64,000 bases of DNA, taken from IMG/VR virus record IMGVR_UViG_2862281513_000001, positions 1-64,000 of that record. One strand, written 5' to 3'. This document shows positions 25,949-34,980 of this stretch, piece after piece. This DNA is from a virus (Duplodnaviria; Caudoviricetes). Under the pieces are notes generated by a model. It was not told where the DNA came from and made no database searches. It was given only the letters and a program-made list of their open reading frames with translations. The translations under genes and the position numbers were made by a program. Position 1 is the stretch's first letter. The number at the start of each line of letters is the position of its first letter.

Positions 25949-28945
25949 TCAGCGGTAGGTGTAGTTCAGGAGGAACTGTGCGGCGGCCGAGGCGCCGGCG
26001 AAGGAGGCCGCGGCCAGGGCGCTGTCCTCGTCCTTGGCGACGGACCACGTCATCGTCACGCCGGCCGGGATCGGCACGGCGCTGCCGTCCGTCATGGTGA
26101 CGTTCACGGTGTCCGCGAGGACGGTCAGGCTGACGCTCTGCAGGCCGGGGAAGCTCCCGGCCAGGTCCTGGGCCGCGGTGCCCGTCACGGCCCGTACGCC
26201 GGTGCTCAGGGGCCCCGGCGTGGAGTCCTCGGCGGTGCACTCCACCGGAGCGGTCGGCGTGTACGGCTGGGAGGGGTCGCCGTCCAGGTAGGCGCCGAGG
26301 AGCGCCGGGGCGTCCGTGCCGCTGGGGTCGATGGCCCATAGCTCGGTGTACAGGACGTCACCGATGCCGTCGCCGTCCGTGTCGTCGCAGCCGCACCGCT
26401 CCAGGAGCTGCTTGACGTTCGTGTCCGTGGTGCTGTCGTCGACGGTGCACTCCACCGGGGCGACCGGCGTGTACGGCTTGGCCGGGTCGCCGTCCTCGTA
26501 GGTGGCGAGGAGGACCGGGTCGGTGCCGTTGCACGGGTCGATGGCCCACAGCTCGGTGTAGATGACGTCACCGATGCCGTCGCCGTCGGTGTCGTCACAC
26601 CCGCACCGCTCGATGACCTGCTTCGCGCACGAGTCCGTCGTGCCCGTTCCAGCCGTTGCGGAGCAGACGCTCACCTCGCCCTGGGGCGTGTATGGGGTGC
26701 TGCCGTCCAGTTCCGTGTCCCTGGTGCCCAGGAGCAGGCCGGTGCAGTCGTAGGTGAACGCCCGCAGGAACGGGGTCGCGGTGGCCTCGGTGCCCTCCGT
26801 CTCCACCGTGAGGGGGCGGATGACGAGGTCCCGGTTCAGAGCGCCGCCGGTGCTGAGGTCGGTGAACCGCACCGTGACGGTGCCGCTCGGCGGGGCCGTG
26901 AACGCGAGGGGCGGCTGAGCGACGACGGCCCCGGCCGAGCCGCTGCCGTTGGACAGGTTGACGGTGCTCGTCGCGAGGACGGTCGTCCCGTCCAGGACGT
27001 CTACCTGGTAGATCGCATCGTTGGTGGCCGGCGGGTTGCCGCCGCCGCCCCATCCGGCGTCGAACAGCAGCTCACTGGCGGCGCCGCTGGTGAGGCCGGT
27101 CACGGCGCGCTCCGCCACGCCAGTCACAGGGACGTTGGACCGGGAGAACTGGAGCGTGTCGCCGATGACGACGACGTTGCCCGTGAGGGTGAAGGAGTCG
27201 GCCGGTACCGGGATGGGCGCGGCTGGCGAGTACACCAGGTCACAGAGCTGGGCGATCTCGGTGTCCCCGCACGGCGTGGTGCTCGGTGCGGTTGCCTCGC
27301 ACTGGGCGACCTCGCCGGTGACGGTGTACGGCTGCCCGTCCAGGGTGGTGTCTGTCGTGGCGAGGACGTCGCCCGTCTCGCAGTCCGTGACCAGAGTCCG
27401 CAGGAACTGCGTGGCGGTGGTGGCCTCGCAGCCCTCCAGCTCCAGGGACATGGTGAACTGGTCGGCCGTCCACTGCTTCGAGGACAGGTGGAAGGTCTCC
27501 AGGACGAGCGCCACGTAGAGGTTCCCGGCGGCGACCTCGGCGGCCGTGATGGGGACGCTCAGGGTGAGCGTCTGCACGGTGCCGGCGGGCGCGTCGTGGA
27601 GCACGTCCTTGGAGGCGAGGAGCGTCGTCCCCTTGGTGAGCTGGAGCGCGCCGTCCCACGCCTGTCCCTTGCCGGGCCCGTTGTTCGTGACCCGTACGGA
27701 GACGTTGAGGGTGCCGGACGCGCCGTCACACCCGGCCAGGTCGGCGGCAATCTTGCCGGTGGCGACCGGGTGGACCTGTGCGGGGGCCGGGCCCGGGTCG
27801 GCGGGCCACACCAGGGAGCCGCCCGCCCACAGGGACGTGTACGGGCCGGGCAGGGTCGGGAACCGCTGGAGCCCGGCCTCGGCGCTGGTGGCGTCCGTGA
27901 TGGTGGGCGTGATGGTCGTGGTGGAGTCCGCCGGGACGTCGCACACCAGGACCGTCTGAGAGTCGCGGCACGGCTCCACAGAGCAGGAGCCCACGGTGCC
28001 GGTCGGCGTATACGGGGCGCCGTCCAGGGTGTAATCGCTGTGGCCGACGATGGCGCCGTTCTCGTCGCGGGCGTAGTCCCGGACGAACGCCGTCACGGTG
28101 CCGTCCGTGGCGGTGTCGCACAGCTCCAGGATGTCCCGCTCCGGCTGCTCGACGCCGGCCGGGCACACGGTGACGGTACCGGTGGGGGTGTACGTGCCGC
28201 CGGTGACGGCGTCGACCAGGCGGACGGAGGCGATGGCACCGATGTCGTCGTAGGTGTACTCGACGAGGACCAGGCCCACCACGTCGCCGCCTGCGTCCAC
28301 GTCGCAGAACGTGCCGGACACCTGGATGCTGCGGGACTCTCCGCAGGCGACAGTCCCGGCCGGGACCGCGCCCGCCGACCACGCCCCGGTGGTGAGGTTG
28401 ATCCACCCCTCGCTGGTGACCGCTCCGGTGCAGTCCCGGACGACCGTGACGGCGATGGGGGTGCCGTCCGCCAGGCACAGGCCGACCGAGGTGACCGGGG
28501 TGGTCGGGGACTCGCAGTCCGGGGAGGTCGGGCAGACACCGACGGTGCCGGTGGCGGTGTACGGCGTGCCGTCGAGGCCGCGGTCGAGGGTGGCGAGGAG
28601 CGCGCCCTCACAGTCGTACGTGGTGGCTCTCACGAACTGGGTGGCGGTGCCGTCCGCCGCCACGTCGCACAGGATCTGCGCCGTGGTGGTGGCGTTGCAG
28701 CCGCCCGACGACGAGCACGGGCCCAGGGTGCCGGTCGGGGTGTAGGCGGCGCCGGTGACCGGGTCCACGGTGCGGGTGCCGACTCGGGCGCCGCTGGTCG
28801 TGTCGTAGATCGGCTCGACGAGGGCGACGCCGGCGACCGTGCCGTCCGCCAGCACGTCACACAGCAGGACGGTCTTCACGTCCACACGGGGCGTGGCTGC
28901 CGCTCCGCTGACGATCACGGGTCCCTGCCCGCAGCATCCACTCAC
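25949..28945 (-). CDS. Giant Cys/Thr-rich repeat protein (998 aa)
   Basis: LCD...YTPTGTVGxC repeats; two CDDTDGDGIGD repeats; AAGGAG before GTG 28945. Confidence 0.85.
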   Translation of the reverse strand: MSGCCGQGPVIVSGAAATPRVDVKTVLLCDVLADGTVAGVALVEPIYDTTSGARVGTRTVDPVTGAAYTPTGTLGPCSSSGGCNATTTAQILCDVAADGTATQFVRATTYDCEGALLATLDRGLDGTPYTATGTVGVCPTSPDCESPTTPVTSVGLCLADGTPIAVTVVRDCTGAVTSEGWINLTTGAWSAGAVPAGTVACGESRSIQVSGTFCDVDAGGDVVGLVLVEYTYDDIGAIASVRLVDAVTGGTYTPTGTVTVCPAGVEQPERDILELCDTATDGTVTAFVRDYARDENGAIVGHSDYTLDGAPYTPTGTVGSCSVEPCRDSQTVLVCDVPADSTTTITPTITDATSAEAGLQRFPTLPGPYTSLWAGGSLVWPADPGPAPAQVHPVATGKIAADLAGCDGASGTLNVSVRVTNNGPGKGQAWDGALQLTKGTTLLASKDVLHDAPAGTVQTLTLSVPITAAEVAAGNLYVALVLETFHLSSKQWTADQFTMSLELEGCEATTATQFLRTLVTDCETGDVLATTDTTLDGQPYTVTGEVAQCEATAPSTTPCGDTEIAQLCDLVYSPAAPIPVPADSFTLTGNVVVIGDTLQFSRSNVPVTGVAERAVTGLTSGAASELLFDAGWGGGGNPPATNDAIYQVDVLDGTTVLATSTVNLSNGSGSAGAVVAQPPLAFTAPPSGTVTVRFTDLSTGGALNRDLVIRPLTVETEGTEATATPFLRAFTYDCTGLLLGTRDTELDGSTPYTPQGEVSVCSATAGTGTTDSCAKQVIERCGCDDTDGDGIGDVIYTELWAIDPCNGTDPVLLATYEDGDPAKPYTPVAPVECTVDDSTTDTNVKQLLERCGCDDTDGDGIGDVLYTELWAIDPSGTDAPALLGAYLDGDPSQPYTPTAPVECTAEDSTPGPLSTGVRAVTGTAAQDLAGSFPGLQSVSLTVLADTVNVTMTDGSAVPIPAGVTMTWSVAKDEDSALAAASFAGASAAAQFLLNYTYR

Positions 28946-31900
28946 AGCGTTACTCCTTGGGTCCACGTGATGGTGACGGTGCCGGTGTCGGCGGTGATGG
29001 TGAGCGGGCCGGTGAGGGCCGCGTCGTCGTCGCGGGCGACGCTCCAGGTGGCCGCCTCGCCCGTGTGCAGGGTGCTGGCCCCGTCCGCGGTGGTGATGGT
29101 TCCGGTGCCGCCGTGCGCGACGGCGGTCACGGACTGCAGAGTGGGGATCCCCGAGGCGTCCCACGGTGGGGCGCCTGCCGCGAGCTCCACGCGGTGGGCC
29201 TGCACGCCGAGCGCCGGGGGCGCGCCCTCGGCCTCGTCGGCGGCATCACAGGAGACGGGCGCCACGGGCGTGTACGGGGCGGTGAGGCCGTCCGTGTAGG
29301 TGCCCAGGCTGCTCAGGTTGCCGTCGCAGTCGACGGCGAGCAGCTCCACATAGCCCACGTCGGGGAGGCCGTCCCCGTCCGTGTCGTCGCACCGGCACGC
29401 CTGGATCACGTTGTTCGCGTCGCACGGCGGGACCGTGACCGATGACCCGTCACCGTCCGCCGCGCACTGCCCGACCTCACCGGCCACGGTGTACGGCGTC
29501 GCGCCGTCCAGACCGACGTCCACGGTGGAGACGAGGTCGCCGTCGCAGTCGTGGGTGAAGCGCCGCAGGAACGGTGTGCGGGTGACGGTCAGTGCCTGGG
29601 TCCGCACCTCCAGCGGCATGAGGAACAGGTCGCGGTCGTTGACCGGGCCGCCGGTCGTCTGGTCGGTGAAACGGATGGTCACCGCGCCGGTGGCGGGGGC
29701 GATGAACGCCACCGGTGGCAGGTCCTCGGTCAGCACACCGCCCGGGAAGACGTTCGACCCGTTGGAGACGTTGCGCGTCCTGTCGGCGAGCACCGTGGTG
29801 CCGTCCAGGATCTCCAGCAGATAGATCGCGTTGTTGGTGGCCGGGGAGGGGTTTCCGGCGCCGATCCACGCGGACGCGAACCGGAACTCGTACATGGTGG
29901 CCGGGAGCAGCCCGCCCACGGTCAACTCGGCTACGCCGTCGGCCGGCTGGTTGGCCTGGGCGAACCACAGGGTCGTGCCGTCGTTGGCGGCCACCACGTT
30001 CCCGGTGAGGGCGAAGTCGCCCGCCGGGGTCGGGATCGGGGCCTGCGGGTCGTAGGTCAGGTCACAGAGCTGAACGACCTCGGTGTCTCCGCACGGCTGC
30101 TGCGGGCAGCACGATCCGCCGGTGGCCGCGCACTCGCCAGGCTCGCCGGTGAGTGTGTAGGGCTGGCCGTCCATGGTGGTGTCCACCACGGCGGTGACCG
30201 CGCCCGTCTCGCAGTCCACGGTGACGTTGCGCAGGAACTGGACGTCGCACCCGGTCTGGTCGTAGACCACCGTGGCGGCGAAGTCGGACAGCTGCCACGC
30301 GGTGTGGCGCGGGGGCGGGCAGGTGGCGCCGCTGTCGTCGTAGGCGTCGAAGGCGAGCAGGACGGCGATGTTCCCGGCGGCGAGGTCGGCGGCGGGGACG
30401 TCGGCCTCGACGGTGAGCGTGCCGGCCCACCCGACGGGGGTGTCGACCGGGGCGAGCGAGATGTCTACCCGGTTCGCTTCGCCGGTGCCGTTGTAGAGCC
30501 CCAGGAAGCCGGTGATGCGGCAGCCGACGTCGGGGCCGAGGGCGGTGACGTCGACCTGCGCCGTCACGTGCGCGGTGCCCGTGTCACAGGCCGGCCGCGG
30601 GGCCTGGATGATCGCCGCGGCGGTGCGTACGGTTCCGCCCGTGCCCGGCTGCGGGCCCGCAGCAGCCGGGAGGTTCAGCGTGCCGCCGTCCCACAGGGCT
30701 TGGGCCCCGGCCGTGGCCACGCCCGTGGTGTACGGGTAGTACGGCGCGCCGGGGGTGTCCGTGACGGTCGGTGCCGGGGCGCCGTCGGTGGGCAGGTCGC
30801 ACAGCAGGAGAGTGCTCGTGTTACGGCACGGCTCGGGCTCCGGTGAGCACACGCCGAGCGTTCCCACGGGGGTGTAGGGCGCTCCGTCCAGGGTGAGGTC
30901 CACCACGGCGGTGACGGCGCCTGCCTCGTCCTGGACGAGCTTGCGGACGAACGGCCCGGCGTCGTCGCACAGGACCAGCTCCCCGTGGAAGGTGTCCGGG
31001 GTGACCGTAACGGGGCCGGGCACCTCGGAGGGGCAACGGCCCACGGTGCCGGTTGCTGTGTAGGGGGTGACGCCGTCCAGGGCGGTGTCCGTGACGGTGG
31101 GGGTGCCGCCGCCGGCTGGGAAGACTAGGCGGCGCAGGAACGGCGTGCTCGTGCCGCCGGCGGCGACGTCACACAGGACGAGGATCTCGGTATCCGGCTC
31201 TACCGGCTGCGGGTCTTCCTCCGCCGGCTGGCAGACGCCGACCAGGCCGGTGGGCGTGTACGGGGTGGACCCGTCCAGGAGCGTGTCCGTGGTGGAGATG
31301 ACGGTGCCCGTGCAGTCCCGGCACACGGTGCGGGCGAACTGGCCGCCCAGGGAGACGTCCAAGGCGCCGAACTCCCAGGTACCGAACCGGCGGCACTCGG
31401 TGCTGGCGTTGCGGCCGCCCAGGTACTGGAGCGTGAACGTGGTGACGCCGGTGACGCGGAACCTGGCCGACTGCGCCCGGGTGGGGGTGTTGAGGGTGCA
31501 CCCGGCGTTGGTGACGGTGGAGTCCACGCGCAGGATGTGGGTGACCTGGTTGTAGCTGTAGCCGGACGGCAGGCTCAACGGCACTGCGCCCGGGGGGAGC
31601 TGGACCTGGTTCTCTCCGGGCGCGGTGCCGGTCGAGTAGGTCATGGCGATGCTGAAGTCGACGTTCACCGGCTGGTTGAACGTCCACCGGGTGACGGGCA
31701 CGGCCGGGTTGGGGAAGACGGCCACGTCCCACCAGGCCGCGCCGTCGCTCTGCCTGTTCGGCGCGAACGGGTTGGGGGCGGTGGCCGCCCAGGTGACGCC
31801 GTTGGACAGCGTGCCGGTGGAGGCAGTGCCGGCGATGGTGGCCGGGGGCGCGCCGTTGGTGTCGCACAGGACGACGGTCTCGCAGTCACGGCACTGGTCG

Positions 31901-33564
31901 ACGCAGCGGCCCACGGTGCCGGTCGGTGTGTACGCGGTGCCGTCCAGCAGGTAGTCCGCGTGGCCGGTGATGGCGCCGGTCTCGTCGCGGGAGTAGTCCC
32001 GCACGAACTGGGTGACCGCGCCGCCTGCAGCGGTGTCGCAGAGCTGCACCAGGTCGCGTTCGGGCTGCTCGACCCCGACCGGGCAGGTCGTCACCTCGCC
32101 CTGCGGGGTGTAGGTGGTGCCGGTGGTGGCGTCGACCAGGCGCACGGCGTCGACCGCGCCGTCCGCACCGTAGGTGTACTCGATCAGCACCAGGCCGAGG
32201 ACGTCGCCGCTGACCGGGTCGACGTCGCAGAACGTGCCGGTCGTGCTGATGCTGCGCGGGTTGCCGCACGCCATGGTGCCGACGGGGGGATCCCCGGCGG
32301 TGTAGGTGCCGGTGGTGAGGTTGAGCCAGCCGTCCTGGGTGACGGTGCCGTCGCAGTCGCGGGTGACCACCACGGCGATCGGTGTGCCGTCCGCCAGGCA
32401 CAGGCCGAGCGTCGCCGCCGGCGTCGTCTGCGCCTCGCAGTCCGGGGCGGCCGGGCACAGGCCGACGGTGCCGGTGACGACGTGCGGTGTGGAGCCGTCC
32501 AGCTCCACGTCCTCGTAGGAGGCCGTGTCGCCGAGCCACGAGTAGCGGCGCAGGAACGGTCCGGCATCGTCGCACAGGGTCAGCGTCTCGGTCGTCTCGG
32601 TCGCGTACTCGCAGTCGACCGGCGCGGTCGGCGTGTACGGGACGGACGGGTCGTCCTGGTAGGTGAGGACGAGTTCGGCCGTGCCGTCGGCCTTGATGCA
32701 CCACAGCTCGCTGTAGGAGACGTCAGCGACGCCGTCGCCGTCGGTGTCGTCGCAGCGCTGGCGGCACACGGTGTCGACGCAGCCCGAGGTGCAGGGGCCC
32801 GCGTCGACCGGGGGCGGGCCGGCCGTGAAGACACCCGCCGTGTCCAGCCAGCCCGCAATGACCGGGTCGTCGGGAGTCGAGCCACACGTGTCGCAGCCCG
32901 ATCGGACGACCAAGAGCACGGTGGTGCCGTCGGCGCGGCACAGCGGCGTCGACGTGATCGACGGGGAGCAGCAGGCGTCGCTAGCGCAGGCGCCGACGGT
33001 GCCGGTGACGACGTGCGGGGTCTGCCCGTCGAGCGCGACGTCCTCGAACGTGGCGATCCCGTTGAGGAACGTGTACCGGCGCAGGAAGGGCCCGCCGTCG
33101 TCGCACAGCATCACCGTCTCGGACTCGGGGCAGCCGTAGGTGCAGTCGACCGGCGCGGTCGGCGTGTACGGCACGCTCGGGTCGTCCTGGTAGGTGAGGA
33201 CGAGTTCGGCCGTGCCGTCGGCATGGAAGCACCACAGCTCCCTGTAGGTGGCGTCCGCCTGGCCGTCGCCGTCCGTGTCGTCGCACAGCTGGCGGCAGAT
33301 CGTGTCGATGCAGTTCGTCGTGCACGGTCCGGCGTCGGCCGGTGCCGGGCCCTCGGTGAAGACTCCGGTGACCGGGTCGATCCAGCCGACAACAGCCGGG
33401 GCGGCAGCCGGGTCGCCGCAGTCGACGCACTCGGAGCGGATGACGACGAGGACGGTCGTGCCGTCCGCGCGGCACAGCGGCGTGGAGGCGATCGAGGGCG
33501 CGCAGGCGCAGGCGCCTGGCGTGCCGCCGCCGCCTGGAGCGCACGGGACGGGCGAGACCGGCAT
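28942..33564 (-). CDS. Giant Cys/Thr-rich repeat protein (1540 aa)
   Basis: Same repeats as the downstream gene; three CDDTDGDG loops; inserted beta domains. Confidence 0.85.
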   Translation of the reverse strand: MPVSPVPCAPGGGGTPGACACAPSIASTPLCRADGTTVLVVIRSECVDCGDPAAAPAVVGWIDPVTGVFTEGPAPADAGPCTTNCIDTICRQLCDDTDGDGQADATYRELWCFHADGTAELVLTYQDDPSVPYTPTAPVDCTYGCPESETVMLCDDGGPFLRRYTFLNGIATFEDVALDGQTPHVVTGTVGACASDACCSPSITSTPLCRADGTTVLLVVRSGCDTCGSTPDDPVIAGWLDTAGVFTAGPPPVDAGPCTSGCVDTVCRQRCDDTDGDGVADVSYSELWCIKADGTAELVLTYQDDPSVPYTPTAPVDCEYATETTETLTLCDDAGPFLRRYSWLGDTASYEDVELDGSTPHVVTGTVGLCPAAPDCEAQTTPAATLGLCLADGTPIAVVVTRDCDGTVTQDGWLNLTTGTYTAGDPPVGTMACGNPRSISTTGTFCDVDPVSGDVLGLVLIEYTYGADGAVDAVRLVDATTGTTYTPQGEVTTCPVGVEQPERDLVQLCDTAAGGAVTQFVRDYSRDETGAITGHADYLLDGTAYTPTGTVGRCVDQCRDCETVVLCDTNGAPPATIAGTASTGTLSNGVTWAATAPNPFAPNRQSDGAAWWDVAVFPNPAVPVTRWTFNQPVNVDFSIAMTYSTGTAPGENQVQLPPGAVPLSLPSGYSYNQVTHILRVDSTVTNAGCTLNTPTRAQSARFRVTGVTTFTLQYLGGRNASTECRRFGTWEFGALDVSLGGQFARTVCRDCTGTVISTTDTLLDGSTPYTPTGLVGVCQPAEEDPQPVEPDTEILVLCDVAAGGTSTPFLRRLVFPAGGGTPTVTDTALDGVTPYTATGTVGRCPSEVPGPVTVTPDTFHGELVLCDDAGPFVRKLVQDEAGAVTAVVDLTLDGAPYTPVGTLGVCSPEPEPCRNTSTLLLCDLPTDGAPAPTVTDTPGAPYYPYTTGVATAGAQALWDGGTLNLPAAAGPQPGTGGTVRTAAAIIQAPRPACDTGTAHVTAQVDVTALGPDVGCRITGFLGLYNGTGEANRVDISLAPVDTPVGWAGTLTVEADVPAADLAAGNIAVLLAFDAYDDSGATCPPPRHTAWQLSDFAATVVYDQTGCDVQFLRNVTVDCETGAVTAVVDTTMDGQPYTLTGEPGECAATGGSCCPQQPCGDTEVVQLCDLTYDPQAPIPTPAGDFALTGNVVAANDGTTLWFAQANQPADGVAELTVGGLLPATMYEFRFASAWIGAGNPSPATNNAIYLLEILDGTTVLADRTRNVSNGSNVFPGGVLTEDLPPVAFIAPATGAVTIRFTDQTTGGPVNDRDLFLMPLEVRTQALTVTRTPFLRRFTHDCDGDLVSTVDVGLDGATPYTVAGEVGQCAADGDGSSVTVPPCDANNVIQACRCDDTDGDGLPDVGYVELLAVDCDGNLSSLGTYTDGLTAPYTPVAPVSCDAADEAEGAPPALGVQAHRVELAAGAPPWDASGIPTLQSVTAVAHGGTGTITTADGASTLHTGEAATWSVARDDDAALTGPLTITADTGTVTITWTQGVTL

Positions 33565-33567
33565 GGG

Positions 33568-34047
33568 TCAGTCCTCCGGGTGGGCCTTACGGCGGTGGGC
33601 GGCGAGAGCGCGGTCGTTCTTGAAGGGGCGGTCGCAGTCGGCGCACTTCGGCCCTTCGTCTTCCGGGCTTGCGTCGCTTGCGTCGCTTTCCTCGACCGGG
33701 GCGGGGTCGAGCGGCACGGCGTCGGCGGGGTATGCCTCGGCCGGAACCTCGGGCAGCGGCTCGCCGGGGATCCCCTCCCTCTCCGGCAGGTCGACGCCCA
33801 AGAGTTCAGGCCCGCTGGCGGTCTCGGTCGGCTCCGCCTGCTCGTCGGGGCTGACGTACGGGTGACCGTCGACGACCGCGCCGATGAGCAGCTGCTCGGG
33901 CATGGTGGTGAACAGCTCGTTCGGGACGGCGAAGTCCGACGGCGAGACCGTGCGCAGCTTCGGGTCCTGCGTGACCGCCCAGCGCGCGAAGTCGACCCGC
34001 CGCTGCGGGGCGGGCCGGACGGTGATGAACGCTCTACTCACGGGCAA
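33568..34047 (-). CDS. Hypothetical protein with C-terminal C2H2 zinc finger
   Basis: CADCDRPFKNDRALAAHRRKAH. Confidence 0.75.
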   Translation of the reverse strand: MPVSRAFITVRPAPQRRVDFARWAVTQDPKLRTVSPSDFAVPNELFTTMPEQLLIGAVVDGHPYVSPDEQAEPTETASGPELLGVDLPEREGIPGEPLPEVPAEAYPADAVPLDPAPVEESDASDASPEDEGPKCADCDRPFKNDRALAAHRRKAHPED

Positions 34048-34074
34048 AGGCCCCCATCTGGTCGTGTACGGCGG

Positions 34075-34914
34075 TCATGCGGGGCACGTCGACACGTTGA
34101 TCGCGCAGACGGTGCAGGTCGTCGCGACGACGTAGGTCCGCTCGACGAGCACGCGCTGCGTGTTGGTCCGGTAGTTGATCGACGGGCCGGGCTGATCCGG
34201 GACGGTCATGGCCGGGCCGCGCCGTACGACGACCGGGCCGGTGATGTACAGCCAGGCCGTGCCGGGGTCGGCGGGGATGTTCCCGGGGCCGGTGTTGGCG
34301 GTGCTGTATCCGGCGCCGATGACGACGCAGTTCCCGGCGAGCGTGGTCGGAGGACCGCCGCCCGGGTCGCGCTGGACGACGTTGCAGCAGCCCAGCAGCG
34401 CGGCGGCGCCGGCCGGGACGTGGAGAACGCCGACGCCGCCGTACTGCTCGGCCAGGCAGCCCTCCAAGGCGGCGACGCCCTGCGCCATGTCGACAGGCCC
34501 GGCGGCCGGGGTGAGGTCCGTGGCTGTCGCGGCGAGGGTGTTCGTCCAGAAGCCGAGTTCGACGGCTTCCTGCTCGCCGAGTTCGAGGGACGCCTCGGCG
34601 TGCTGGCGGGCCTCGGCGTAGCTCCAGCCCATCGTGGCGCACTCGGCGCCCGCATAGACCGTGATGGGGTCGGCGTGCTCGGTGGTCGGGCGGCAGAACT
34701 GCTTCTGCGTGGGGGCGCCGGGACTCTCGTCCGTGCCCACGCAGGGGTCGTTCCACACCTCGACCGGGCAGCAGCCGAGCGCCATCCACTCGACGCCCAG
34801 CAGCTCGTGTTCGTCCTGGACGTCGATGACTTCGGTACAGCCGCCGAGGATCCCGTACGGGAGCGGACGCCCGGGGATGGCCTCGACGCGGCGTCGCATG
34901 CCGGCGGATGCCAC
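34075..34914 (-). CDS. Minor capsid protein (putative)
   Basis: Directly after the capsid gene; GAGGAGGT RBS; WLYITGPV..VERTYVV. Confidence 0.65.
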   Translation of the reverse strand: MASAGMRRRVEAIPGRPLPYGILGGCTEVIDVQDEHELLGVEWMALGCCPVEVWNDPCVGTDESPGAPTQKQFCRPTTEHADPITVYAGAECATMGWSYAEARQHAEASLELGEQEAVELGFWTNTLAATATDLTPAAGPVDMAQGVAALEGCLAEQYGGVGVLHVPAGAAALLGCCNVVQRDPGGGPPTTLAGNCVVIGAGYSTANTGPGNIPADPGTAWLYITGPVVVRRGPAMTVPDQPGPSINYRTNTQRVLVERTYVVATTCTVCAINVSTCPA

Positions 34915-34938
34915 CTGCGCACCTCCTCATAGGGTGCC

Positions 34939-34964
34939 GCGCCGAGACCCGTAGGTCTCGGCGC
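34939..34964 (-). terminator. Hairpin after the major capsid gene (partial terminator or stability element)
   Basis: GCGCCGAGACC-CGTA-GGTCTCGGCGC perfect 11-bp stem. Confidence 0.65.
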
Positions 34965-34980
34965 TGGACGTGGGCAGGGG

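Noticed and set aside
25949-33564. Diversity-generating retroelement acting on the repeat proteins
   Set aside because: No reverse transcriptase in the window, and repeat differences did not appear adenine-specific
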